Assembly: GCA_030704615.1 (NCBI GenBank)
Contig: CM060732.1
Coordinates: 69,874,001-69,938,000 of the forward strand
DNA length: 64,000 bases
From: Takakia lepidozioides
Taxonomy: Eukaryota > Plantae > Bryophyta
Reading direction: 5' to 3'
Positions 11,144 through 23,540 of the stretch are shown here, one piece after another. Position 1 is the stretch's first letter; each line of letters starts with the position of its first letter. The position numbers were made by a program, and so were the translations under genes. The notes beneath the pieces are model-generated. The model searched no databases. It worked only from the letters and a program-made list of their open reading frames with translations, and was not told where the DNA came from.

Positions 11144-14100
11144 ATGGACAGAACGTTCAATTTGCAATGGAGGGACGGCATGATGGATCTGGTGGAGCTT
11201 CTGAAGATTGAGTTCCCCAAAAACTTTGAAGAATGGCCTATGGTATGCATGTTTTCCACTCCCTGCTTCTGGTATCTCCATAATTGTTTCAGAAGCCTAA
11301 AATTATGTGCCTTTAAGAACTTTAGAGTTTTCCAAGTTGCCAACCTATTGTCAACCTAATCAGAAGATCCTGAGCTCTAAGAATCTTTCGAGTTTCTTGT
11401 GGCATATTCGAAGGGAGACATTCATTCACTTACAATAGAAAACAAACCTTATTTGGTTTTCAGTCAGGGTGAGCTTCACGATGGTCAGTTTGCAACCACA
11501 CAAAGTGGCCGGCGTACCAGTCTGGGGTATTGTCTGCACCTCACTAGGTTTTGTATTGCATACATGTGTGCAGACCTTGCAACAATTTTCAAGAATCTAC
11601 ATCAAGTACTTGCAAGTCTATCGCAAACTGGAGGATTCTTTTGACCAGGTTAATCGATCCCATTTGGACTCTATCCAGTTAAAATAGGCTAGCTTGCTTT
11701 CTCCACTTGTAAGATGCTTGATTAAGCAGCAAAACCGGAGACTTCCAGGTCTATCATAATCTACAACTTTACCAAATTTGCCTGCAAATGAATTGGTGAG
11801 TGCAGATTGTGCATCCTCAGAAGCGTCGTGATGCAAGGAAGGCCCTGGAAGCCTGCATTGGACGCATCTTGGAGATCAAAGGAGTGAGTCTCCTTTACCC
11901 CATGTATGACTGACCTCTTTTGCTGAGCTAATCAGTCATGAGACTCACACCATGAGTCACGCAGATAGTAAGCAATGTAGATTGAAACTGCGTTTCCTCT
12001 TAACTTGTAGCCAACAGAATTCCAGATATTCCGAAACTGTCTAGTAAATTTAGCTTTACCAAGACCAGGAACCTGAGTTTCTCTTTGAGGAATATATGCA
12101 TTGATTGGGCGGTTTGCTGAAGTAGGTAGTACCGTTTTGAAGAGAGCTCAGAGTACTGAGCTAAGCGAGCTCTTTGTTGGCAGTGGATGGTGGAACTCAA
12201 CGAGAACAAGGAGTATTTCAACTTTGATGATATGCTGGCAAGTCATATGACCCAAAATTGTAAGCATTGAAACAAAAATCAAAGGCAAACAGACACTTTT
12301 CAATATGAAAATGGCCAATCTGTCAGCTGTAGACCAATGTCGCAATGGATTGCTCACATGAACAGACTTAGAGCACAATGTCTGCTGGAATCACTTGATG
12401 GAATGCCAAGGGCGGTTTTGTGTAGTTTTCACATATGATCAAGTTTAATGACTGAAAAAGTTGAAAGTGGACCGTTTGTAGCTCTAGAGTGTAGTCCTGC
12501 AGCTTCCAAGTTCATGAACGGTGCCTAAAGATGCCAGGCTGGTAAATCATCACTGGTATAAATCTATGTGACATCTCTTGCAATCATAAACTTGAGAAAG
12601 GAAATATTGACTGTAATAAGACTGTTAGCTGCTACTTCTTTGTTTACATCAGAAATGGTGCACCACAACACAAAATTGAAAAATCCTATCACATAGTTGC
12701 AGTAGTGAGTATGATACTTAGATCTGATGAAGGCTGTTCTTCTCTTGTGCAATTTAGACATAAGAGCACAGCACTAAGCTGACAAAGGTCCTGTGATTGG
12801 TTTGTAAGTGAAAGAGGTATTTCAAGCAAGCCAATCGTGTGGATGCTAATGAAGACTGGGGATATCTGGGGCAGATAGAAATGGGTTTGGGACTAGATGC
12901 TCTCGACATAATTCCACCGCACTTTCTCACAGATGACAACCGCAGCCTTCATGAAACACGTGAATCTTTTCTGGTGGGTCCATGCAGCTGAAATGTAATG
13001 GTTTTGCTTTCTTGGAAAGAATGAGATGACCAGATTGCTGTCTATGCAGGCACAGAGAAGAGGATCCAGCAAATGTACTTTAGAGACCTTCTTGATAAAC
13101 TGAAATGAGACATAAGAGGGTAGAATCTGAGTGAGATGGACAACATATTCTCTTGCCTCTGATTTCATGTACATTTGCATTAGCTGTGCTTGCATAGAAT
13201 GAGGTTGTAGTTGCGATTGAGGTCTGGAACATCTCAACCTTCCGGTCTGGCATCAATTCGGGGATGGATTTGTGTACTTGAGGAATTTTCAGGTAGCAGC
13301 AATTGCAGTAGCTGAAGCTGCAGAGAAAGCAGCTGCTGAAAAAGCAGCTAAAGAATTTGCTGAAAGGAAGCACAAAAAAGAAGTAAAGGCACCACCCCCT
13401 CCAATGACTGAAGATGAGGCTGTTGCCTTGCTCCAGGTACATTGTTCTACAAACTGGCAATGTACATTGTTCACACAGGTTGTAGGTGCCAATAAACAGG
13501 CTCAATTTTTGGCAGACACTGGTGGCATAGAAGCCCATTGAAATTCTGTGTGGTGTTCATCTTATCAATGATAAAGATAGGGTTTATGGCCAAATGGCTT
13601 CATAAATGGCCAATGTAGCCAGGGTCTTCTCATTGTTCAACTTGCTTCATGATGATGATGCAGGCCGAGGAGAGGGGAAGGCAAAGCCGGCACCGGATTG
13701 CTGAGTTGGCCAAGATAAAGTACAACCTCCATTCTATACCTTGCCCTTGTATTACTCCCTTGGAAGATGGGACTAACGGCATTTCATGCATTCTCAACAG
13801 AGGAGATTGTCACTTGGGGAAGACACAACGGTACTGACTCAAACCATGCAACCGCTGGGGACAGGGCTATGCAGGAACTTGAGCTTGAGAGGCAGCGAGC
13901 CGGCATTAAGTCACACACAAAAGATAGTGCTACCCAAGTTTTGCAACGGGTGTATCCATTCAACTCTTGTGCTGTCTCTTTAATGTGATCAGACTTGTAA
14001 GCTGACTTCAAGTTAGCAATGTCGTGTGGTATGATGATGTGACTATTTGGCATTATTGGTTCAAAACTGCAGACAGTGCAGTGGGTTTTCAAGAGACTTG

Positions 14101-17100
14101 TCACATTAGGGAGAGAATATGAGGGATGCAAGATGGATAGTTAGAGAAACGAAGAAAGTGGTTTGAAGGCACGCATGGAGATAGGAATGGCAGTTTTTAG
14201 GTCATGGTTTTCTCTCAGTGAATTTTATACAGAGGCCGAGGTTTCAATGGCAGGCTCCAGACTGAAAAGACAGCGGTTGATGAGATGACATTGATTCGTA
14301 AGGCCTACCCCCCTTCTCTCTTGCATATTCTCTCTCTTCACTGTGTACAGCCACATGGATACATAATACTCACCCATATGTGTGGATATTGTGAAATTTT
14401 TGAGGCATAGCAAGGAAATTTCCATTTCTTAGAGTTCATGGTCTATTATGATTGTTTGGACTGTTCACAGTTCCCATGACTTTTCATATGTGGTTTGGGG
14501 GTGCCCAACAGCTTAACTATGATGCAAGTTTTTCGGGTTTTAAATACTTTTTTTCTACATTCTTGCCCTTGGAACATGTTGGCTTCATCTGGTGGCCCAG
14601 CTAATGCAGACCGGAAACAGACCCTCTCTTATGCGGATGCCATCTTGAAATGAACAAAAAAGAGGTCACAGGATCATAGCAGCTGCAGGATTTATTTGTT
14701 GCACTCATTTCCACCCAACTGCATGCCTTGAGTATTCTTGCCTTCCCGAGGTTAAGGATGAGCATGTCTTGCCTGAAGGATTTTTTTATGTAAGAATATA
14801 AACATGAAAAGAGACTTCTGCTCTGATTTGAGGAGTGGATATTAGGTTGCACTCGATGAGGAAAGGCATTGATGAATACCTTTGTACCATTCCAGACATG
14901 AACAACAACATTCCACCTGACCCTAACGATCCCAGAATCACCTTGGAAGCAAATCTCGAGAGGAGAAAGAAGTTGCAGGAAGTCAATGTGAAAGAGGAAA
15001 AGGATCAGATGATCACCACAAAACTGAAACTAAAAGAGTTGGAAGGCCAGGAAATGCGGGAGATCATGCAGGTACCAAGGGGCTCCCCCATTGTGGTGCA
15101 CAAAAGTTTGAATATGACATTTCAGTCAACCCTTCAAGCTTATTTTTGAAGTTTTTGACTGAACTGGGATACAGAATGGGATCTAATGTCTAGTCACTTC
15201 ACTACTCCAATAGTTTCTAGCAGCGATCTGATGGCAGTGTCAAGTGAGTTTTAGCATGTGATCTACAATTGCGCGAAGATCATGCATTATTAAAATGAGA
15301 AAGTCCCAGCCCTCATATTGCACAATAGTGAGATCTGAAGGTCACAGAGAATTAGATCGTATCAGTAATAGACATTCTGCACATTTCTAACTTCAATGTG
15401 TGATGCAGGATAGGATAACTGTATGGTTGAATGAGAATCGGGACCCAGACACAAATTTCTACCCACCTTTTCCAAAAGCTGCCAATGGAGGGAGCAAGGA
15501 GATAATTGATCCTCCTCCTGAGCTATGGAGACCTGAAGATGAGAAGAAAAAGAAGAAAGGAGATGATAAAGACAGTGGACGGAAAAAAAAGAAAAAGCTG
15601 AAGAAGGTTATAAGGCTGCCAGATGTAGATGAGGATGAGATCATCCCCATGTGCCCAAATTTCTTTGGAAGGCATATTAAAAATTCCCTGGAAGCTTACA
15701 TCAACAATTGGCATGACAAAGACAACTTCTATAATCATGAACAGAAGTACAATCCCGAGATGCTTAAAACCACATTGCGGCCTTTAGTTTTCGAGGAGGT
15801 AACCATTCTCCCACATACGGTCATTTTTTAGTCCATCAGTTTGGATTTGTGGTTTTGGGCATGCCTTGGGAGTGTCTGCGAGTTACAAAGGCTAGAACTG
15901 TCCAGAATACAAAGATTCAGTTTGGGGTCAAATGAAGGTCCTCCGTATGAAGATTGGCTGCAATTTACTCTTGCTCAGTTTAACTTAGCCCAGGTGATCC
16001 ACCACGAATTGGACCAGATAAAGTCTACCTGCTAGTGGATTAGCCATGTTTGTAACCACAACACTAGAATCATCACCAGTCACAGTTTGCTGATGTCTCG
16101 TTGATTTCTATAAGATGTCACTAAGGAGAGAGAGGTGTCAAAAGGAAGACTGAAATAGCAATGTCAATCACTGAAATATAAAAAGAGGATACGTGACACA
16201 CTGCACATTAAAAAAAAACACCTGCAGAACATGTCATCATATCAAATTTCATTCTGAAGGCTCTTGCAATGGAGCCAGCTTTATTTGCATTCCTATTTTC
16301 TTCACAGGTCAATGCAAATCTCTCCAAAGCCAGAGCAACTTGCTGTATGCTGGCATGAAGGTGTTACCTTAAGGTAAGCTGACAATCTAGTATTCAACAA
16401 TTACCAAGAACATGAACCAAGCAGCTCTGGTAATAGGAAATCGTCCACCTGTTTGGCAGGTGAGGTTGGACGTTGATATAGGCTCACGGGAGATCTTAAT
16501 CCAACTGAAGAAAAAACTTGCTCAGGACAAGAAGGAGGCAATTAAGATAGCCATGAAACAAGCCAAAAAAGGAGGCAAAGAGAAAGAGTTCAAAGCAAAG
16601 CTGAAGGCTGAGAGGCAGCAGGTATCAGTGTTCCATGAAATGAATGAAATTGAGATTTTGAAGACTAACAATGCTACTTTACAAAGTCACAGTGGAACTT
16701 TTCGAAACAAAATATCTCCTTTCTGGTCCTTGGGCCTTCTCATTTTGTTGGTAGGAGTGGGGCAGAACTATCTACAGGACTTCACTGAACAGGGAGTCAC
16801 TGTATGTCTGAAAGTTGGAATAAAATGTCTTGTCAGGCCAAAAAAGACAGGATTGCCAAACTTAAGGCCAAAAAGGAAGCAGAAGCTAAAGAGCCTCCTC
16901 CACCTGAGGACAAATGGAAAAAGAAACCCAAAAGGAAGAACGATCCCACAGAGAGATTTTCAGTAGAATCTTTGTACGTGGAGCTAGTACGAGAGGGTAT
17001 TATGCAGGTGTGCCCACGGCGAACGTTTGATGAGTATGCTTGTGAAGACTGGTTTCGAGGCACAACCTCCGACCCAATCCAAGCTTGGGAAATGGATAAC

Positions 17101-20100
17101 AGCATGGCTCAGGTCCAAATCACTCCGTTCCAATCTTTAACTTGTTCCTCTTCTTCACATTTTCATCGAAGATTACAAGGGAAGTTGCAACTCATGTGAC
17201 AAGACCACAGACATGATCTTAGCGTGCCAGTTGCTGGTTTCTTTCTAATGAGGTTAGCTGCATAGACTTCCAGTTGTTTGGATTAAGTGGACAGGGTCCT
17301 ACAACTTTGTAGGTTGAGAAATGGCAGGGTCTCATGGAAATGTCAGCACATCTTTTAATAATGTCCGGAACTTCTCTAACGTCTGACTGCACATGTGCCC
17401 ACCTAGCAACTCTCATGCTTAAGTACTATCTAGCCACCGGAAATTTCTATGTGAAGGTCAGTTGCTTTCTAATTTGCATAAAAGATTCCTGGGTTCTGTT
17501 GACTTGGCAGGCAAAAAGGTTAGTCATAGAGAATGGTGTGCTGCCACTAGCATCGGAAATGGTGCATGAGCATGCACCCTTTGTGAGGTCTCTGCTGTTG
17601 TTTGGTGGTGCACAGACCGGCAAAACACTATTGGTACATTGATACTCCCTGTCAAAGTAATTGACATTGTTTCAAGGCATGTAAGGTCCAGATGGTAGCC
17701 AACTCATGAGGTGAACAGACAAGTTGCCTTCTGTTCTTTCACAGATCTGAATCTTTCTCCAACATTCACTACAGTTTCGAGTGCCACAATGCTACAGCCG
17801 TTGGTACTATCATTCATGAACGATGCCACACCAGCTCTAAAAGCTGTATCTTCAACTGGGCGGATGATTTGGGCAGGCACATGCATTATGTCGGGCAGCA
17901 GGAGCAACTTTAATAAATCTCTCAGCAGAAGTCCTCGATGGCAAGTACACTGGTGCAAAGAATGTCACCAGGATGCTACAGATATCTTTTAAGCTGGCCA
18001 AGATTATGGCTCCCTCTATTATCTACATCGACGACGTAGATCAAGTTAGGTTTCCAACCTGCACCTCAAACACAGATGTGCAGTACCAGTAATTCATCCA
18101 TATGAAATAAGGAAACTCTCTTTCCACCTGCTATCTTCTGTTGTGCATTCTATGAACATCAATAGCAACCACAAGATACACAATAGTAACGAAAAAAAGA
18201 CTAAAAGCATTCCTTTACTGGCATGCAGGTATTTGTGTCTGATAGGAAGAAAATTAAAGCATATGGCCTCAAAGATAAACCCAACCGAATCAAGAAGCCT
18301 TTGATGAAGGAAATGAAAGACCTGCAGCCCGGTGAACGTGTGCTCTTCCTGGGAACCACCAGCAAGCCCCAGGTGTTGCACTAACGATCTTTCGCTGTCA
18401 ATCGTGATCTAAACAGGCTTCCACTAAGTGTGAGAGGTTCCATGTCAGTTTTATATCTAAGGGATCAGAAATACCTCAAGGGGATGTCAAATCTCTGCTT
18501 CAGAATCTCTGCTTCAGACACACTCTCGAACAGCAAACAGAAGCAGAGAGGAAAGGGAGAGTGCAATTGCCCGTTGTGTGGGCAATCTGAACAGTATTCA
18601 TTTTCTGATACACTGTCCGGGGTTCTCTCACCAAAGAGACGCTCTCTTCAAATCTATCAAGGGAATTGTGCCTGTACCCCTGTTTACCAACTTTGAAAGT
18701 CTCGAGGCTGAGCCAAAAGCCCAGGCCCTCCTGAGGCCTAGTTTTTGGGCAAATCACACACAGCAGATTGATGCTTGTGTGAAGGGATTTCTAGAGGATA
18801 TCTGGAAAACCCGGATTAATTCTATATATGAAGGTAAGTCTTACTACCAACGTCAGCCCCTGACAGAGGTAGGTTCTGTCCCTTTTGTTCCCGCTCAAAC
18901 TGGGCGCGGGGTCAATGGCCACAAGGCTACGGCAAACAACGTCTTATGAGTACAATCTGCTTCAGACAGTCTTACTGACACCCAAAACAAAAGAGTTAGG
19001 TATGATATGTGAAGGCCTCTGGTGCTTCCAGCGGTCCTGGTCAATCCAGGCAAATGAACCAACCCTTTAGGGACATGGTGAATCACAGAACAGGGGAATT
19101 GAGGTCTCTTGACGGCTGTAACCAATGGCGATCAATTGGAAGTGAGTCGTCCTCACTGATTGGCCAAGGGAGAGAAGGGGGTTGGAATAGCTACAGTCCT
19201 GCACCTTGCACGAGACATGAGTTATTGATATAGTTATCAAGCATATCTGGCCATCTGCAACCATGCTGAATGAACGAACCCTCTGTGCAAAGGCTCTGGG
19301 GTCATGGGATGTACTACACAAAATGGATGGTGGCCTTCGGCTTCCTCACTGTAGATAGGAACCAGGATCACCAAAGTTCCACTAAGGTATAAGAACATTG
19401 ACCCATTGGGCTTCTTCTGCCTTAAGGATATGCTACATAGTCTTCTGGATACATCTTACCTGAATTCAACTAGTCTTCGCAGTTAGTCAGAAAGCAAGGG
19501 ACCAAAACAATGACCCTGCTACCGACCCCACAAACATACCAGTTCCGATTCACTATTGAAAACTGAAATCAGCAGAGAAGATTCACATACATATGAGCTT
19601 CATTTGGACGAAAGATCTCAAGCAGAAGTGAAAGGCATAGATGATGAGACTGGAGAGTCCAGCGAAAAAGAGAGAGAGTTTTAAATTCTAGGTCTTTAGT
19701 TCATTCTGCCCTTGGAACAGTGGGATGATCCCCGCAGAATGGGAAGCAGGACTGAAGTCAAATATTTTCATCCTAAAGGAATAGCCTTATACTTGGACCA
19801 GAAACTAACAAATGCTAGTTATGTAGTTCGATGCTCAACAGGAGTTCAATACTAAATGGTTTTATGTTACTCATAATATCAATGTTTATACATCGCGCCT
19901 GAATAATAGAAATATTATTGAGGAGAAACAATTGGATTTAGTAGAAATAGTTCATGGACATAATAAACTATTGCGGATGTGACAAAAAATACCAGTTAAA
20001 GCTAAAAACTTTTCTATTTCGAGTGAAAACTGAGAGGCATTCGAGGAAGATTGAACAGATGAATAAGAAATTAGCTTGGATTGAAGCAACTTTAAACGAT

Positions 20101-21248
20101 TTGGATACTTGGAAACGGTGTCGCTTCATAAGCCCCTTCTACATGAAAGCTGGCATCATTATGTTGGGCAGAATGACATCACACTTTGAAATTTACTACT
20201 TGACATAGGATTTACAAGGCAAAAAGGGTCCAACAAAAGCTACTGCAAACTTTTGTAAGTTCTTTACAAAGCGAGTCTATACCCCATATCCAGACTACGC
20301 AGCCCGGATGCGAATATGGCGTGTTCTATTGGAGAGGCATGGCGGTATGCTCACCCACCATTTTAATCTCTCTACGCTCGCTACCCTCTCTGTCGATTTC
20401 AGCATCGGCACCATAGAAGAGATATGCAAATTGGTTTTAACTCCTCAACGAGTTCGCAAGGTAACTCATTGCACCCTCTCCTTGGTTTATCATCTAATCA
20501 GGGTGGATATCTGAGGGGGGTTTCTGAGAACACCAAAATTTGGCCTTCTTGTTCTCAATGGACATGCATACTCATACTCACCTTGCTCTGTGCACTATGG
20601 TACAGAAACTTAATGCACCAGCTTCATCTTCTGAGATTGTCACATGGGGAGGAGGTATACTGTAGGTTTGTTGCAACAATGCTACGCTTTATAGGTAGCA
20701 GGCACTGTCATTCCATGTTCTCCCTCTCCCTCTCACCAACAGGTCACATCCTGCAGGTGAAAAGGGTTCCACTGGAGCAGGAGGAGATGGTAAACCATCT
20801 CTTTAAATTCAAGCCCATTGATCACAACCTTCACACCATTGCCCGGGTAAGTGCAGCTGCCCCTGCCTGTGCAAGAAGTTGCTTTTGAGCACTATCACCA
20901 AACACATTGTGTCAGGGTGAAAACGGTGATGCAAACAAACAAAATGAAAATCAAATGAACAGGCAACAGCTACCCTAAATAGTGCTGTGTTCACCATTGT
21001 GAGTTGGTGAAAATTAAGGATCTTTCAAAAGATATTACCATGGTCAGCACGCAGACATTGATGGAAAGTTAATGAGAGTACTGAAAAATCTCAAGCTGTG
21101 AAATTCCACGAAATCACAGAAAGTAGTTTTCATTTTGCAGCACTTTGGTAAGGAGCCACAACCTGTGCTGGAAGACCCAAATGACAAGAAGAAAGGCGGA
21201 GCCAAGAAACCTGCCGACAAGGACAAGGACAAAAAGAAGAAGAAATAG
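11144..21248 (+). CDS. DRC11: DRC11 / IQCA1, IQ motif and AAA domain protein (nexin-dynein regulatory complex)
   Basis: Phase-consistent exons: 11144-11242, 11574-11648, 11806-11883, 12184-12237, 12875-12973, 13293-13436, 13664-13719, 13865-13951, 14233-14297, 14896-15071, 15409-15798, 16460-16621, 16837-17112, 17511-17633, 17877-18044, 18229-18372, 20209-20460, 20757-20846, 21141-21248. Motifs: YIKYLQVYRKLEDSFDQIVHPQKR, IQ motif LQRVGRGFNGR, Walker A GAQTGKT, Walker B IIYIDD, PDYAARMRIW. Confidence 0.9.
18470..18960 (+). mobile_element. LINE family A 3' end inserted in a DRC11 intron
   Basis: CPLCGQSE[frameshift]HFLIHCP zinc knuckle followed by DACVKGFLEDIWKTR; homologous to 7090-7460. Confidence 0.7.
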
Positions 21249-21511
21249 GGTGAGGAGGGGTCAGCAGATTGCGTCAACAACACATGAATGTGCTTTTCTG
21301 GCATCGTTGGATTCCAAGATAGGAGTTGAAACATCCTCAGACAGTGTAAAGAGACAATGAGAATGAATGACTCGTCAATTGGGCGATCTAAGGGTGTTGG
21401 AAGTCGGAGGTTGTATACTTTCACATCTCAAGTCTTAGCTATAACATTCGTCCTCTTGACTCCATAAGCGATAAGGAATGTCTTGTCGATCCATAAGCCT
21501 CTACAGGCCTG

Positions 21512-21528
21512 CTAAACCCTAAACCCTA
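21512..21528 (+). repeat. Interstitial plant telomere motif / telo-box
   Basis: ctaaaccctaaacccta. Confidence 0.5.
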
Positions 21529-21614
21529 CCTCGCTCCTGCCTTTCAAGAAGAAAGTAATCGATCTGCATTTCTACTCCCAAGTAGCCTGACAGAGGAATG
21601 CGTGTCTGTTCATG

Positions 21615-22535
21615 TCACGTAGATTTTTGTGCATGCTTTCCGAGTTCAATTGCAGTCCGATACGGAGGAGCAATGGGTGGCTGCACAGGTGCTAGGCTAC
21701 GATAATTGCTTTCTGATTTTACTCCTCCCCCCGACATCTGGAGTGGATAGGATTGGTCTGAATCAAAACCGCTCAAGTCTCCACACGCTAAGAAAGGGAC
21801 AATCAGCTTACTTGGACCTTCAAGCCAGGAACTAGAGCAATCCATGTCGCCAGAGCGGTTGCTCGCCCTCTCCAAAAGCTTGTATAGATCTTTGTGATCA
21901 AAGCCTCCTGGAGGTCTGTAACCTTCGCAGACAACAAATGCTTCAATACTAGAATTTCTGCTACTCTTTGGTTTCGCACATGTGACTGTTGGGAAAAAAA
22001 TCTTGAGCTGGGAGTAAAGGAGGCTAATATCCTTCCCTCGGAAAATCTTAGCAACAAAGTTCCCACCGGGACGCAAGACATGCGTCACAATTGTCAACGC
22101 TGCTAATATGAGTTGCGCCTGGACGAACTCATCCATATCGTGCAATCCAGTCACATCAGGGGCACCATCACAGACAACCAGATCAGCCTCGCATCCATCA
22201 AAATGCTTGATTACCAGTCCCGCAGTGCGCACGCTCGTGATATCCCCCTGAATCTGCAGCACCCCCTCTATGGGGGCCATCGGCTGGAGATCAATGGACA
22301 CTATGAGCGGCAGCTCCCCTTCCCCGGCGGCCACTGCTGGCATGTAGAGCTTTCTACTGAGCACCTGACTCCAACTACCAGGAGCAGCACACAGATCCAC
22401 CACACGCTTTACACCTTCTAAAATTCCAAACTCTTCATCGATTTGTAAAAGCTTGAATGCGCTCCGCGCTCTCCATCCCTCCTCCTTGGCCTTGCGATAG
22501 TAGATGTCCCGCTTGTCCTTCGACGATTTCCCCAT
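21615..22535 (-). CDS. TRM7: tRNA (cytidine32/guanosine34-2'-O)-methyltransferase TRM7/FTSJ1, intronless CDS
   Basis: Single 306-aa ORF: [76 protein letters not shown] (FtsJ K-D-K-E tetrad). Confidence 0.96.
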   Translation of the reverse strand: MGKSSKDKRDIYYRKAKEEGWRARSAFKLLQIDEEFGILEGVKRVVDLCAAPGSWSQVLSRKLYMPAVAAGEGELPLIVSIDLQPMAPIEGVLQIQGDITSVRTAGLVIKHFDGCEADLVVCDGAPDVTGLHDMDEFVQAQLILAALTIVTHVLRPGGNFVAKIFRGKDISLLYSQLKIFFPTVTCAKPKSSRNSSIEAFVVCEGYRPPGGFDHKDLYKLLERASNRSGDMDCSSSWLEGPSKLIVPFLACGDLSGFDSDQSYPLQMSGGGVKSESNYRSLAPVQPPIAPPYRTAIELGKHAQKST

Positions 22536-23540
22536 TTCTTCCCAAGATCTTCACACAAGCTCCTTCCCAAAACTAGAATTGCAATGATCCCGGTTTCTAC
22601 TCAAGCTTCAAAGAATCTAGGGTTACTGAAAACGAACTAGTTTACCTTCATGGAGGTAATTCATATTTAAACCCTCGATGCTGAGTTTCCCGTTACCTAC
22701 CTGAACTATGATTCTCTTCAGGTAAGGAATGTGATGTCGCGCCCGGTAATGAAACCGTCCTTCGTCTTCCCTGCACGCCAGCGAACTCTTGCATCTTCAC
22801 TGCACCAACGATTTGCTGGTCGTCGTGCCATTTAAGTTTTTCTGGAGCTTTCAGAGGATCATTTCTTGATATATAATTTACAAAGTATTAGTGTGAGCAC
22901 GCATCCCTGCACCTAGAGGTCCTTAGAGTTCCTCAGTCTCCATGGAATCTGCTCCTGCACTAGATTGGCAAAGTTTTGTTGTGAACATTGCTCTGCATCA
23001 TTAGATCTTTCTCCGCGGAATGCAAGTTGTTCCTTATCAGAGCATTTATGAACAAGGGAAGAACGAATTTCGCGTCTTGTGGTGAATTTAAACAGATGGT
23101 GTATTTGGTTAAGACTACTTGAAAGATATGAATTCGCTGGAGTCCTGCTACTTTTTGAGGAACGGTCCTGCTGTTCTGGACTCTAACATAAGAATTTGGA
23201 GCTAAGGTTGCAAGCAGGAAGATACCACATTCTAAATTATTTTGAAGGGGAAGTCAATGTCATGCTTTCCTACTGAGAAAATGAGCTGCAAAGTGCCATG
23301 ATAACTTGGAAGCTAAGTAATACTTGTGAAGCATATGGTACTATGAGATGATGACAGATTTTGATTGCGGTTGTGTGCAACGTCTTTTGGGGACCGATGG
23401 CTTTTGCACATAAGCTTTGGTCGGCGAGTGAGTGCTCCGATGAGGCTTGCTCTTCTTTCTCCACCGAATTCACCTCGTATCCGCTCATACAGTCAGCTAT
23501 TTTTCTCACTTCTGCACATGTAGGCCGTCCAACAAAGACT

